Part shown: in pieces, positions 16,579 to 25,256 of the stretch
How the letters are laid out: the number at the start of each line of letters is the position of its first letter
How positions within the stretch are numbered: the first letter of the stretch is position 1
NCBI RefSeq assembly: GCF_002156965.1
Contig: NZ_CP021324.1
Coordinates: forward strand, 600,681 to 632,680
Reading direction: 5' to 3'
Length of the DNA stretch: 32,000 nucleotides
Origin: Candidatus Nitrosomarinus catalinensis
Lineage (GTDB): Archaea; Thermoproteota; Nitrososphaeria; Nitrososphaerales; Nitrosopumilaceae
Made by a program: the position numbers and the translations under genes
Notes under the pieces: generated by a model
Databases searched by the model: none
What the model was told of the DNA's origin: nothing
Seen by the model: the letters and a program-made list of their open reading frames with translations, nothing else

Positions 16579-16630
16579 TTGATCAAAATGCCGTGAAGGA
16601 TTAATTTAAGTCTAGCCTATTAGATTTGGC

Positions 16631-17047
16631 GTGAAGTATGAAATTGAATTTTTTGGCCATGAAAACATTAGATCAAATCATAAAAATACTATAGAGATTA
16701 CAAAAGAATCTCATCTAACCACTCGTGGTGATTGTATTGTAGGTGTTAGTGCTAACTCTTCATGCAATGATTTACCTGAAGAATTAAAAAATAAATTAAA
16801 AAATCCTGAAACTAATGTTAAATTTTTGATTAAAGTTGGAGATAATGAATTCTCTATACAAGGAAAAGGACATCCAAATTTAACCTTGACTCATCAAGAG
16901 GATATTGTTTTACGAAAAAGTGATTTTACATGTCCTAGAACATTGTCTGTAAAATGTGATAAAGCCTCTGATTTGGTGCCTAGAGAAATGGTTACTAAAT
17001 TACAAAATCCAAAAACAAAAGGAGTTTTTATTATTACAGTTGATTAG
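16631..17047 (+). CDS. DUF371 domain protein
   Basis: 138 aa with a GTG start. HENIRSNHKNTIEITKESHLTTRGDCIVGV matches the DUF371 pattern. Confidence 0.65.
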   Translation: MKYEIEFFGHENIRSNHKNTIEITKESHLTTRGDCIVGVSANSSCNDLPEELKNKLKNPETNVKFLIKVGDNEFSIQGKGHPNLTLTHQEDIVLRKSDFTCPRTLSVKCDKASDLVPREMVTKLQNPKTKGVFIITVD

Positions 17048-17088
17048 AAACTGTCACAACTTTATAGTCGTGTTTATTTTTAATTTTT

Positions 17089-17208
17089 ATGGGACGTAAA
17101 ACTAATTTTTTCCTTTTAGTGCCGTTAGGGACTTTTGCATCCATAATTTTTGGTTTTGCCATATACAACACATTATGTAAAAACTCGAATATTCCATTAG
17201 GATGTTAA
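17089..17208 (+). CDS. Possible 39-aa single-TM micropeptide
   Basis: Hand translation gives MGRKTNFFLLVPLGTFASIIFGFAIYNTLCKNSNIPLGC. ATG start and one hydrophobic helix. No other support. Confidence 0.25.
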   Translation: MGRKTNFFLLVPLGTFASIIFGFAIYNTLCKNSNIPLGC

Positions 17209-17349
17209 AAATCTAAGAATTTTTTATTCGTCGTCAGTTTCGTTTGCTTTGTCACGAACTTTTTTCATTATGCAAAACTTTGCAAGGCTTTTCTTTAAAT
17301 TCATAATTATTTGATAATTCTATAGTATTTATTTCTAATTTATTTTGAT

Positions 17350-17994
17350 CTATGCTTTGTTCTTTTTAGATTGTTTTGTGCCTGTACTGGATTTCTTTTT
17401 TAGTTTGACTACATTGTTATTTTGAATTTTCAAATTTTGATTAATTGTTTCCAATAAAGTAATTATTTGTGGATATTTTGTATGCATTGCAAGATCTTTT
17501 TCAATTATTAAAAGATAATATCTTAGTTCTCTAAGAATACGTCTTTTTTTAGATTTTGAAATAACTTGATTTTTTAATTCACTTAAGTTTGCTGATATGT
17601 CGCATAATTTAATTAATTTTGCATCTAATTCTGATTCTTTGATCTTTATTCCATATTCTTTTTGCCTTTGTTTTTTTGAAATAGTTCTTTTTTTTGTTAA
17701 CGATAATGTTGAATTATCATTTGTATCAATTACTAGTTTGGTTTCTGTTAATGATAAAATTAATGTTGAAACTCTTCTACCAAATTTTTCAAACAATTCA
17801 TCAAAACTTGTATCAGTGTGTTCCAAAATATCTTGTAACCATCCTGCACAAAGTACTTCCTCATCAATCACCCCTAAGCTTTTGAGCCTATTTACAACAT
17901 TTTCTAAGTGATTTGAAAATGAGACTCCAATCCCATTCAATTTCCCTCCATGTTTTGTCTTTGCAAATAATTCTGCATTTTTTAGTGAATTCAT
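17350..17994 (-). CDS. HD-domain protein of the RelA/SpoT/Mesh1 (HD_4-like) type with degenerate HD dyad and Lys-rich C-terminal tail
   Basis: AELFAKTKHGGK...NHLENV...LCAGWLQDILEHTDTSFDELFEKFGRRVSTLILSLTE...LIKLCDISANL aligns with the SpoT hydrolase pattern A..fA..aH.gQ...H...VA...aaLLHDvvEDT...FG..V..lV..vTk...IKLADRlhN. The ATG overlaps the helicase stop (ATGA). Confidence 0.6.
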   Translation of the reverse strand: MNSLKNAELFAKTKHGGKLNGIGVSFSNHLENVVNRLKSLGVIDEEVLCAGWLQDILEHTDTSFDELFEKFGRRVSTLILSLTETKLVIDTNDNSTLSLTKKRTISKKQRQKEYGIKIKESELDAKLIKLCDISANLSELKNQVISKSKKRRILRELRYYLLIIEKDLAMHTKYPQIITLLETINQNLKIQNNNVVKLKKKSSTGTKQSKKNKA

Positions 17995-20654
17995 TTACTT
18001 ACACTACACATGATTGAAAAAAAATCTAATGCTGATTTTTTTGATAAATTTTTGTTTTTTGTTTGACAATAATTTGTTGTAAATGTACATTTTGGACACC
18101 CTCCCCATTCATCTGATGCTGATTCTTGATCTGTATTTGATTCCTCCTTGCAATTACATTCACTAATCAAATCAAAACAGGTTTTCATAACTTCTTCAAA
18201 ATTTTCATAAATTATTTTGCTACACCCATTGTATCCGTCTGACGTGTTGTCAAACAAATGAATAATTCCATTTTCATAATATGCATCAATATCATTTGAT
18301 TCTGATTTTGTCAATATTTTGCTTGCATTAACTAAAACATGAGTAATTGTATGTATTTTTGAATCTGATGTAAATGAATTTTTTACATCTCCATTTATTT
18401 TAGATATGAATTCAGTTGGTATAGTAATACTCGTACAATAATGTTTTGAACTCCAACTAAAATTATTCCAATTTGATATTGTTTTTCCATCAAACGTTTC
18501 AAACTTATCTGACGTATCGTTATAATTTCCTTTTAGATACCCTGTAATCGTTCTATCTATTTTTATCAATCCATAACGTAAAGATAATTTTTTTAGATGT
18601 GAATTAATTTCTTTTTTAATTGATTCTTTTTCTGTCACTTGCATTAATGATGTCTTTACTATGGGAATAGTCCTTTTGTGAATTTCATTAGATTTTTCTA
18701 AAAATGCATTTGCACCGTTTTCAGTTTTATCTATTGATTTTACCTGATAATTTTCTTTATTAAAATGATATATTCCATTTTGATGAAGTTGATAATATCC
18801 AACAGGTGTGTCTCTGGTTCCGATTTTTTTTGAGTTGTGAAAAATTGTGATTTCTCCTGACGCTCCTCTTAGATTAATGCTATTTGCAAAATCAAAAAAT
18901 TTGGATTTGTCTGATTCTAATGCTGCATGTTTTTCCATTCCAATTGATAGAGTATGTTTTTCTGAAATTATGGAGTTTTCTTTGTTAATTTCAACATGAT
19001 GATTTTGATTCAGATATGCAGGGATATTTCGTGCAAAATAATGACATGCTGCATCCTCTGGATCAAAAACACAGATTGCATATGATTTTTGTCCTTTTCT
19101 TCCTGCTCTTCCAATTCTTTGAATAAATGAATCATATTCATTTTTGAATGCAGAAATTACTACGTCTACATTACCAATGTCAATTCCCAGCTCTAATGTA
19201 GGCGTACATGATAAAATATCTAACTCCCCTTCTTTCATTTGTGATTCATACATCTTTCTATCTTTTTGTTCTAAACCGCCACGATGAATTTGTATTCTTA
19301 TTTTTTCATTCATAGATTCTACATTTGATGCTAAAAATTCTGCATCATTATGACTATTGCTGAATACTAATTGTTTGGATTTTTTTTTATTGCATATTGT
19401 TGTAATCATTTCCATAGTTGTTCTTTGACCATATTTTCTTGGCATAATGAAAAATCGATGCATGTTTTGTTTTCTTTTTGACTCACTTTTGATATGTGTG
19501 AAAGATTTTTCAGGTAAATCATACATGTTTGAAAAAAATTCTTTAGGGTTATCTAACGTAGCAGATGCTCCTATGATTTGAAATTTTTTCATATAGTTTT
19601 TCATTCTTTTTAATACATGGTAAACATTAGAGCCGTGAAAACTTGTGTATGAATGTGCTTCATCCATTACAATTATTTTTGCATTTTTAAATAACTGATT
19701 CCATTTTTTATCTTGTAAAATTAAATGATAATTAATGAAATCAAAGTTTGTTGCTAGAATAATTGATTTCTTATATGACTCTGAAATTATTTTATCTTTG
19801 TACTGTGAATTCTGTCCGCCGTGAATTGAATATGTGGAAATTATATCATTTAATTCACATTTATCAATTAAATCTGAAATTTTTGAAACTTGATCATCAA
19901 TTAATGCATTTAATGGATAAACCAATAATACAAAAACACCTTCAATTGGTTTCTCTAATATTTTTTGCAAAATTGGAATTATGAATGCCTCTGTTTTTCC
20001 TGAACCTGTAGGTGCAGAAATAATTGAATTATCTCCATTTAAAATTGACCTAATTGATTCATTTTGAAATGGTAGAACTCCTGAAAAACCATATTTTTTT
20101 AATCCTTCAATAATTTTTGTTGATAAAACATCTTTGAGATTTTCTACTGGTATTTTTTCTGGCTCTAAGGAAAGTAATTTTTCATAATGAATAATTGCTA
20201 ATGTTTGATTCCTATGACCTTCTACTAATTCGTGAATAATTATATCGTTATCCACTTCTAATTTTGGTATTTTATTTACATCAAATAAAATATTTTCAGG
20301 TATTAAAATTTTTAATTCTGTTTTAATTTTTTTAGGAGTTACTATCTTTCCAATATTTTTTATTTCATCTGGAAAATAACCTGCTGAAATTTCTGGACCA
20401 TTACAACTATGTGGCTCATCTGTTCTTGCATCAAGAGGAATGAATTTACCACTATCTGATTTGAATTCATCATCCCAGTAAATTTCTGAACCGCAGCCCT
20501 TAGAACACTGTTTTGTTCTTCCTGAATAATTGACTCCGTATGTTGGTTTTCTTGGAATAATTTTTTCAGGATTGCATTTTGGACATATTCCTGGAGCTGC
20601 AACATCTTTCAAATTTTTTGAAAGTTTTGTATCGCATGTTGGGCAAAACTTCAT
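17991..20654 (-). CDS. Superfamily-2 DEAH-box helicase with N-terminal zinc ribbons and C-terminal DUF1998/MrfA-type Cys cluster (COG1205, YprA/MrfA-like)
   Basis: Helicase motifs: I SAPTGSGKTEAF, II VMDEAHSY, III GASATL, V TPTLELGIDIG, VI QRIGRAGRKG. N-terminus has CPTC...CPKC plus CSKGC...HSC. C-terminus has ECNC...GGCPKCTFTTNYCQTKNKNLSKKSA. Confidence 0.85.
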   Translation of the reverse strand: MKFCPTCDTKLSKNLKDVAAPGICPKCNPEKIIPRKPTYGVNYSGRTKQCSKGCGSEIYWDDEFKSDSGKFIPLDARTDEPHSCNGPEISAGYFPDEIKNIGKIVTPKKIKTELKILIPENILFDVNKIPKLEVDNDIIIHELVEGHRNQTLAIIHYEKLLSLEPEKIPVENLKDVLSTKIIEGLKKYGFSGVLPFQNESIRSILNGDNSIISAPTGSGKTEAFIIPILQKILEKPIEGVFVLLVYPLNALIDDQVSKISDLIDKCELNDIISTYSIHGGQNSQYKDKIISESYKKSIILATNFDFINYHLILQDKKWNQLFKNAKIIVMDEAHSYTSFHGSNVYHVLKRMKNYMKKFQIIGASATLDNPKEFFSNMYDLPEKSFTHIKSESKRKQNMHRFFIMPRKYGQRTTMEMITTICNKKKSKQLVFSNSHNDAEFLASNVESMNEKIRIQIHRGGLEQKDRKMYESQMKEGELDILSCTPTLELGIDIGNVDVVISAFKNEYDSFIQRIGRAGRKGQKSYAICVFDPEDAACHYFARNIPAYLNQNHHVEINKENSIISEKHTLSIGMEKHAALESDKSKFFDFANSINLRGASGEITIFHNSKKIGTRDTPVGYYQLHQNGIYHFNKENYQVKSIDKTENGANAFLEKSNEIHKRTIPIVKTSLMQVTEKESIKKEINSHLKKLSLRYGLIKIDRTITGYLKGNYNDTSDKFETFDGKTISNWNNFSWSSKHYCTSITIPTEFISKINGDVKNSFTSDSKIHTITHVLVNASKILTKSESNDIDAYYENGIIHLFDNTSDGYNGCSKIIYENFEEVMKTCFDLISECNCKEESNTDQESASDEWGGCPKCTFTTNYCQTKNKNLSKKSALDFFSIMCSVSK

Positions 20655-20971
20655 CTCTCTTGCTTTACTTTATTTTTGTCATAAAAGGATTTTTTAATAA
20701 TTTCATAAATTAGTTAATTGACTACGAGCTATTGGTTTACCCAAATTAAAAAGACAATATTATTTCTAGTTTAGTTGTAAATTAATTATGAAAAATAACA
20801 AAGAATTGAGATCATTAAAAATCGAATTAATGAAATCTCTAGATGGATCAAATAATGGATATTTTGGATTATCTTTAGAAACTTTAATTGATAATTGATA
20901 ATTTCATTCCTAGATCTGATTAATTATCCTACTTTTTCAAAATTCTTAAGTTATGATGTTTTAGGAATTTC

Positions 20972-21313
20972 ATGGCAAAATTTAGTGTTGAACTCCCAAT
21001 TTCAAAAAAACCTACAGATCTTGAATTAAAAAAACTAAAAGAATATTTCAAGGAAATGCCTGTCAATGAAATAATTACTGGCCTTAAATTTGCAAAAAGT
21101 AGATGGCATGCTAAAGATTCTGGAACTCTAAAAGTTGGAAGAAAAAGTATTGTTCAAAAAGAAGTACATTCAGTTACTGCCGAACAAGCTCAATGGAGAT
21201 TAAAAAATTGGAAAATGATGATTTCAAATTACCGTCGTAGAGGCTATAGTTATCCAACAATATCCAGAATTAAAAAAATTCTAATTCAAAAGAGTAAAAA
21301 GAAATCAAAGTAA
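20972..21313 (+). CDS. Hypothetical basic protein
   Basis: 113-aa ORF, Lys/Arg-rich with a KKSKKKSK tail. Divergent from the helicase. No recognisable motif. Confidence 0.45.
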   Translation: MAKFSVELPISKKPTDLELKKLKEYFKEMPVNEIITGLKFAKSRWHAKDSGTLKVGRKSIVQKEVHSVTAEQAQWRLKNWKMMISNYRRRGYSYPTISRIKKILIQKSKKKSK

Positions 21314-21330
21314 CTGTGTATTAGTTAATT

Positions 21331-21981
21331 CTAAATGAAGATATCTGCTTTTTTCTGTGCTACTTGTTGTCTTAATTCTGTTGGAACTTCTGGAATTGAT
21401 GATTTTGTTTGTCCTGCAATAACATTGTGTGCTTCTTCTAATATTGCAAGTGTGTCTGAATTTGTTTCAGTTTGTGTAGTAAAGTTATCTTCCATTCCTA
21501 CGGATGATCCTGACATAACATCTCCAAGTATTTGTGATAAGTCTTGCATTGAAGCATTTGCTTCAGGCATAATTCCACTTAATGATGGACTTAATCCTTT
21601 GATTATTGACATACATGGACTCAATGTTACAACAACATCTCCTAATTCTGAAACAGTGTCTAATCTAAGTTTAACTTGCTCCATGGATAGTTTTGCTCCA
21701 CTTACCATGTTTTTCATTTTTCTAACTTGTGCTAATTCTCCTGCATATGCTTGTGCATAAACTGGTTTGTTATTTCTCTGTGCATTTACACATTTTTCAA
21801 AAATTTTGTCATGTTTTGCTTGTAATTTTTCATTAATTCCTGATAATTTTGTAATTTGTGATTGTAGTTTTTTCTGAGCAAAATCAATTCTATTTTTTAA
21901 TGGTTCATCAGGCTTTACCTTGCCCATTACTTTTTGAGATATTGATTCTCCTTCTGTTTTATTCCATGAATTACTTATCAT
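21331..21981 (-). CDS. ESCRT-III / Snf7-family protein (CdvB-like paralogue)
   Basis: 216 aa. Long N-terminal coiled-coil hairpin (KNRIDFAQKKLQSQITKLSGINEKLQAKHDKIFEKCV...AGELAQVRKMKNM) and an acidic C-terminal region. Assignment is by overall Snf7-like architecture, not a strict motif. Confidence 0.55.
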   Translation of the reverse strand: MISNSWNKTEGESISQKVMGKVKPDEPLKNRIDFAQKKLQSQITKLSGINEKLQAKHDKIFEKCVNAQRNNKPVYAQAYAGELAQVRKMKNMVSGAKLSMEQVKLRLDTVSELGDVVVTLSPCMSIIKGLSPSLSGIMPEANASMQDLSQILGDVMSGSSVGMEDNFTTQTETNSDTLAILEEAHNVIAGQTKSSIPEVPTELRQQVAQKKADIFI

Positions 21982-22073
21982 ACTGATTTCGTAATTTTTC
22001 TTAATTTTTTTCTTTTAAACAGATTTGTAACTCTGGTTTGTGTACCTTCGGTTACACTATACACGGTTACATC

Positions 22074-23180
22074 TTATCCAAACGTAAAAGTGAATGCTTG
22101 AAATCCTTTGCCTTGGATATCCATTTGTAATATACCTGAGATGCTATTTTCACTATCAATGATGTTATACATTCCAGGATCACTTACAATCAATTTTCCA
22201 TTTAATGAAATATCTTTACCAGTATTTTTTTCATTAAGGGGAATTCCATCGAGGAATATTTCTATTTCTGCATAACTATTTGTTACAATATTGACTTCTT
22301 TTGCTTCAAAGTACATTTTGATACTTCCATTACTTTCAGTTAATTCCATACTGTCTGAATAATTTTTCCAATCTCCTACTGGATAGAATTTGTTTAATTC
22401 TATTTTTTTAGGCTCTGCATATGTTACAATTTTTTCTGGTTGAAATCCTTCATTACTTCCTAAATTATTTCTATTTTGTGCAAATTTATGTCCAAAATAT
22501 AATTCTGGAGTTCTAAATGGTGTATGTTCAAATTCTTCAATGTTAACTAATTCTTTGTTTGATACTGTTTTGATTCCCATTGACTGAGCTCTTTCATCAA
22601 GTAATTGCTGAATAATTTTTTCAGTTTCTTCATATGCCCCTTCCCCAATATGATCATATCTTAAATTCCCTTCATGATCTGCGATGTATTTTCTTGGCCA
22701 GTAATTGTTTTCAAATGCCTTCCAAGTTTCCATTTTGTTATCCATGACTATCGGATAATCAATTTCATATTTTTCTATTGCATCTTGTACGTTACTAGGA
22801 TCTTTTTCAAACTCAAATTCAGGTGAATGTATGCCAATAATTAGCAAACCTTCATCAGAATATTTTTCGTCCCATGATGTAATGAATGGTAATGTTCTGA
22901 TACAATTAATGCAACTGTAGGTCCATATGTCATAAAGTACAACTTTGTTGTCCATTTCTTGTTCTAATTTTTCAGGTGTTGTATTGAGGTAATGCTCTAT
23001 TCCTACTAGTTCAGGTGCTTTTTTTACTCCTGAATCATTAATGTTCAAAAATACTCCTGTTGTTGAACCTTGATTTTGTAATGATAAATCATCTAATCCC
23101 ACGAAAATTATGCCTAAAAATACTACTGCTGATATTATAATTCCCCCAAAAATGGATATGTTCTTTATTTCTGAATTCAT
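22074..23180 (-). CDS. Membrane-anchored thioredoxin-fold thiol:disulfide oxidoreductase with DipZ-like C-terminal domain
   Basis: N-terminal TM segment. Redox motif WTYSCINCIRTLP. LLIIGIHSPEFEFEKD...YPIVMDN...WPRKYIADHEGNLRYDHIGEG resembles the thioredoxin part of DipZ. 4-nt overlap with ccdA. Confidence 0.7.
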   Translation of the reverse strand: MNSEIKNISIFGGIIISAVVFLGIIFVGLDDLSLQNQGSTTGVFLNINDSGVKKAPELVGIEHYLNTTPEKLEQEMDNKVVLYDIWTYSCINCIRTLPFITSWDEKYSDEGLLIIGIHSPEFEFEKDPSNVQDAIEKYEIDYPIVMDNKMETWKAFENNYWPRKYIADHEGNLRYDHIGEGAYEETEKIIQQLLDERAQSMGIKTVSNKELVNIEEFEHTPFRTPELYFGHKFAQNRNNLGSNEGFQPEKIVTYAEPKKIELNKFYPVGDWKNYSDSMELTESNGSIKMYFEAKEVNIVTNSYAEIEIFLDGIPLNEKNTGKDISLNGKLIVSDPGMYNIIDSENSISGILQMDIQGKGFQAFTFTFG

Positions 23181-23908
23181 CCTAACATCACAATCTCATT
23201 GAGTAATGGAAAATTTGCAATATATGCAAGTTGATTTGTAAATATCAAAATTCCTAACATTATGATTAATCCTCCAATTAACAAATTATAATATTTTAGA
23301 TGTTTTGTCATGGAAGAAATTATTTTTGTTGATTTTGAAAAAAATATTCCCATTAAAATAAATGGAATTCCTAAACCTGCTGAATATGCTAATAATAAAC
23401 TGAATGAAACTGATGGTATTGTTGCAGCTAATGTTAGAATCGTTCCCAATATTGGACCAACACATGGTGTCCATCCAATCGCAAATGCTAAACCAAATAC
23501 GAAAGACATTGGATAACTTGATCTGAATTTTTTAATTTGAATTTTTTTTTCTTTATTTATAAAATTTATTTTTTGTGATAGTAATAGGAACACTCCAAAT
23601 ATGATCACAATTATTCCTGCAATTGAATTTAAATCCCCTAAAAATTGAGTAACTGAACTTGATAAAATACTATTAATTAAAACCCCTAAAGTTGAAAAAA
23701 CAACTGAAAACCCTAATACAAAAAATATTGTATTTGCAATAATGCTTCCTCTATTAATTTGAAAATTACTTTTTTGATTATGTTTAATCTCGTTTAATGT
23801 TGTTCCTGAAATATATGCCAAAAAGGCTGGAATCATAGGTAAAATACATGGAGCAATAAATGATCCTAGACCTGCAGTAAATGCAATTAGTATTGTAGGG
23901 TCAGCCAT
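23177..23908 (-). CDS. ccdA: Cytochrome c biogenesis / DsbD-family transmembrane electron transporter CcdA
   Basis: 243 aa and polytopic. Conserved Cys-Pro motifs SFIAPCILPMIP and GWTPCVGPILG. Confidence 0.85.
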   Translation of the reverse strand: MADPTILIAFTAGLGSFIAPCILPMIPAFLAYISGTTLNEIKHNQKSNFQINRGSIIANTIFFVLGFSVVFSTLGVLINSILSSSVTQFLGDLNSIAGIIVIIFGVFLLLSQKINFINKEKKIQIKKFRSSYPMSFVFGLAFAIGWTPCVGPILGTILTLAATIPSVSFSLLLAYSAGLGIPFILMGIFFSKSTKIISSMTKHLKYYNLLIGGLIIMLGILIFTNQLAYIANFPLLNEIVMLG

Positions 23909-24002
23909 GTGTTAAATTCATTATTTTTATTTTAAAGCCTTATTACAAATTTTGTCTGTTTCTAATACGCTCCTTTTTATCTAGGTATTTTGGATATAAT
24001 TT

Positions 24003-24125
24003 ATGAATATGCGATTTGTAATTGTAGGAATTTCATTAGGTATACTAGTTACCATCGCTGTGATTATTGGCTCTCCAGCTAACCCATTAAACTTGGACTT
24101 TGGTGGAATGGATGCATCACGATAA
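24003..24125 (+). CDS. Possible 40-aa single-TM micropeptide
   Basis: Hand translation gives MNMRFVIVGISLGILVTIAVIIGSPANPLNLDFGGMDASR. One clear TM helix. No other support. Confidence 0.25.
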   Translation: MNMRFVIVGISLGILVTIAVIIGSPANPLNLDFGGMDASR

Positions 24126-25256
24126 TTAGTAAAATTTCTTAAAACCTTTTTCAAATATTTGTAAGGATTCCTCTATATCTGATTTTTTTAGCCATGCTGT
24201 GACTGAAATTCTTAGTCTAGCTTGATTTTTTGCAACCGTTGGATATCTGATTGGTTGAGCAAATATTCCATTTTTAAATAAAAATTTTCCAAATTCCATC
24301 GCTGTTTTTTCTTTTCCTATGATTATTGGTATAATTTGTGATTTAGAATTAATTTCATACCCGATTGATTTTAGACCCTCTGATAATTTTGCTATATTGT
24401 CATGTAATTTTTTTTGCTGAATTTCTCTGTTTGACTGAATTCTCTTAATTGAATGCTCCACTAAAAATGATGGTAGAGCTGATGTATAGATAAATGATTT
24501 TGACTTGTTTATGCATGAATCAATAACGTTATTTTGTGATGACACATAGCCTCCAAACGATCCTAGTCCCTTGCTTAAACTACTGATATACAAATCAATT
24601 TTTTTTGCCACGTTAAAATAGTTTGGTGTACCTTTTCCATCTTTTCCAATTACAAAATCTCCATGTGCATCATCTACAATTGTAATGGCATTTGTTTTTT
24701 CTGAAATTTCTGTAATTTCCTTTAGTGATGATACATCCCCATCCATGCTGAAAATCCCTTCAGTTATGATGAACTTGTTTTTTCCTTGTAATTTAATTTT
24801 TTTTGATAAGTCATTCATGTCATTATGTTTGTAAATTGATATTTTGGCACCCGATAATTTACATGATTCAATAATGCTGGCATGATTTAATTCGTCACTT
24901 AGAATTAAATCTCCTTTTTTTGCTATTGCTGAAATTGAACCTAAATTAGCCATGTATCCAGTAGGAAAAATTAAACTATTTTGTTGTCCTTTGTGCTTGG
25001 ATAGAATTTTTTCAAGTTTTCTATATGATTCATCATTTCCTGAAACTAATCTGGAACTTGATTGAAGTTGATTTGTTTGAATTTTGGTTATTGGAATTCC
25101 AAGATAATCATTTGAGCATAAATTAATTAATTTTTTTTCTTTAATTGTTATGTATGCGCCTTGTGCTTTTCCATATTGTAATTTTCTATGTAAATTATCA
25201 TTCTTAATTTTGGATAACTCTGAATCAATAAAATTGAGTTTATGCTTCAAGACCAA
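24126..25256 (-). CDS. bioF: 8-amino-7-oxononanoate synthase
   Basis: 376 aa. Class-II aminotransferase pattern (DDAHG, SLSKGLGSFGG with the PLP lysine). Located in the bio cluster. Confidence 0.85.
   Translation of the reverse strand: MVLKHKLNFIDSELSKIKNDNLHRKLQYGKAQGAYITIKEKKLINLCSNDYLGIPITKIQTNQLQSSSRLVSGNDESYRKLEKILSKHKGQQNSLIFPTGYMANLGSISAIAKKGDLILSDELNHASIIESCKLSGAKISIYKHNDMNDLSKKIKLQGKNKFIITEGIFSMDGDVSSLKEITEISEKTNAITIVDDAHGDFVIGKDGKGTPNYFNVAKKIDLYISSLSKGLGSFGGYVSSQNNVIDSCINKSKSFIYTSALPSFLVEHSIKRIQSNREIQQKKLHDNIAKLSEGLKSIGYEINSKSQIIPIIIGKEKTAMEFGKFLFKNGIFAQPIRYPTVAKNQARLRISVTAWLKKSDIEESLQIFEKGFKKFY

Noticed and set aside
17222-17303. 26-aa minus-strand ORF (MNLKKSLAKFCIMKKVRDKANETDDE) downstream of the HD gene
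   Set aside because: It is too short and featureless to support as a gene from sequence alone.
19763-20605. Alternative-frame ORFs inside the helicase gene (19763..19984 plus, 20360..20605 minus)
   Set aside because: They are nested in a continuous 887-aa ORF that carries ordered helicase motifs. They are chance ORFs in AT-rich sequence.
21335-21760. 141-aa plus-strand ORF antisense to the ESCRT-III-like gene
   Set aside because: It is a Cys/Ser-rich shadow translation. The minus-strand frame has coherent coiled-coil protein character.
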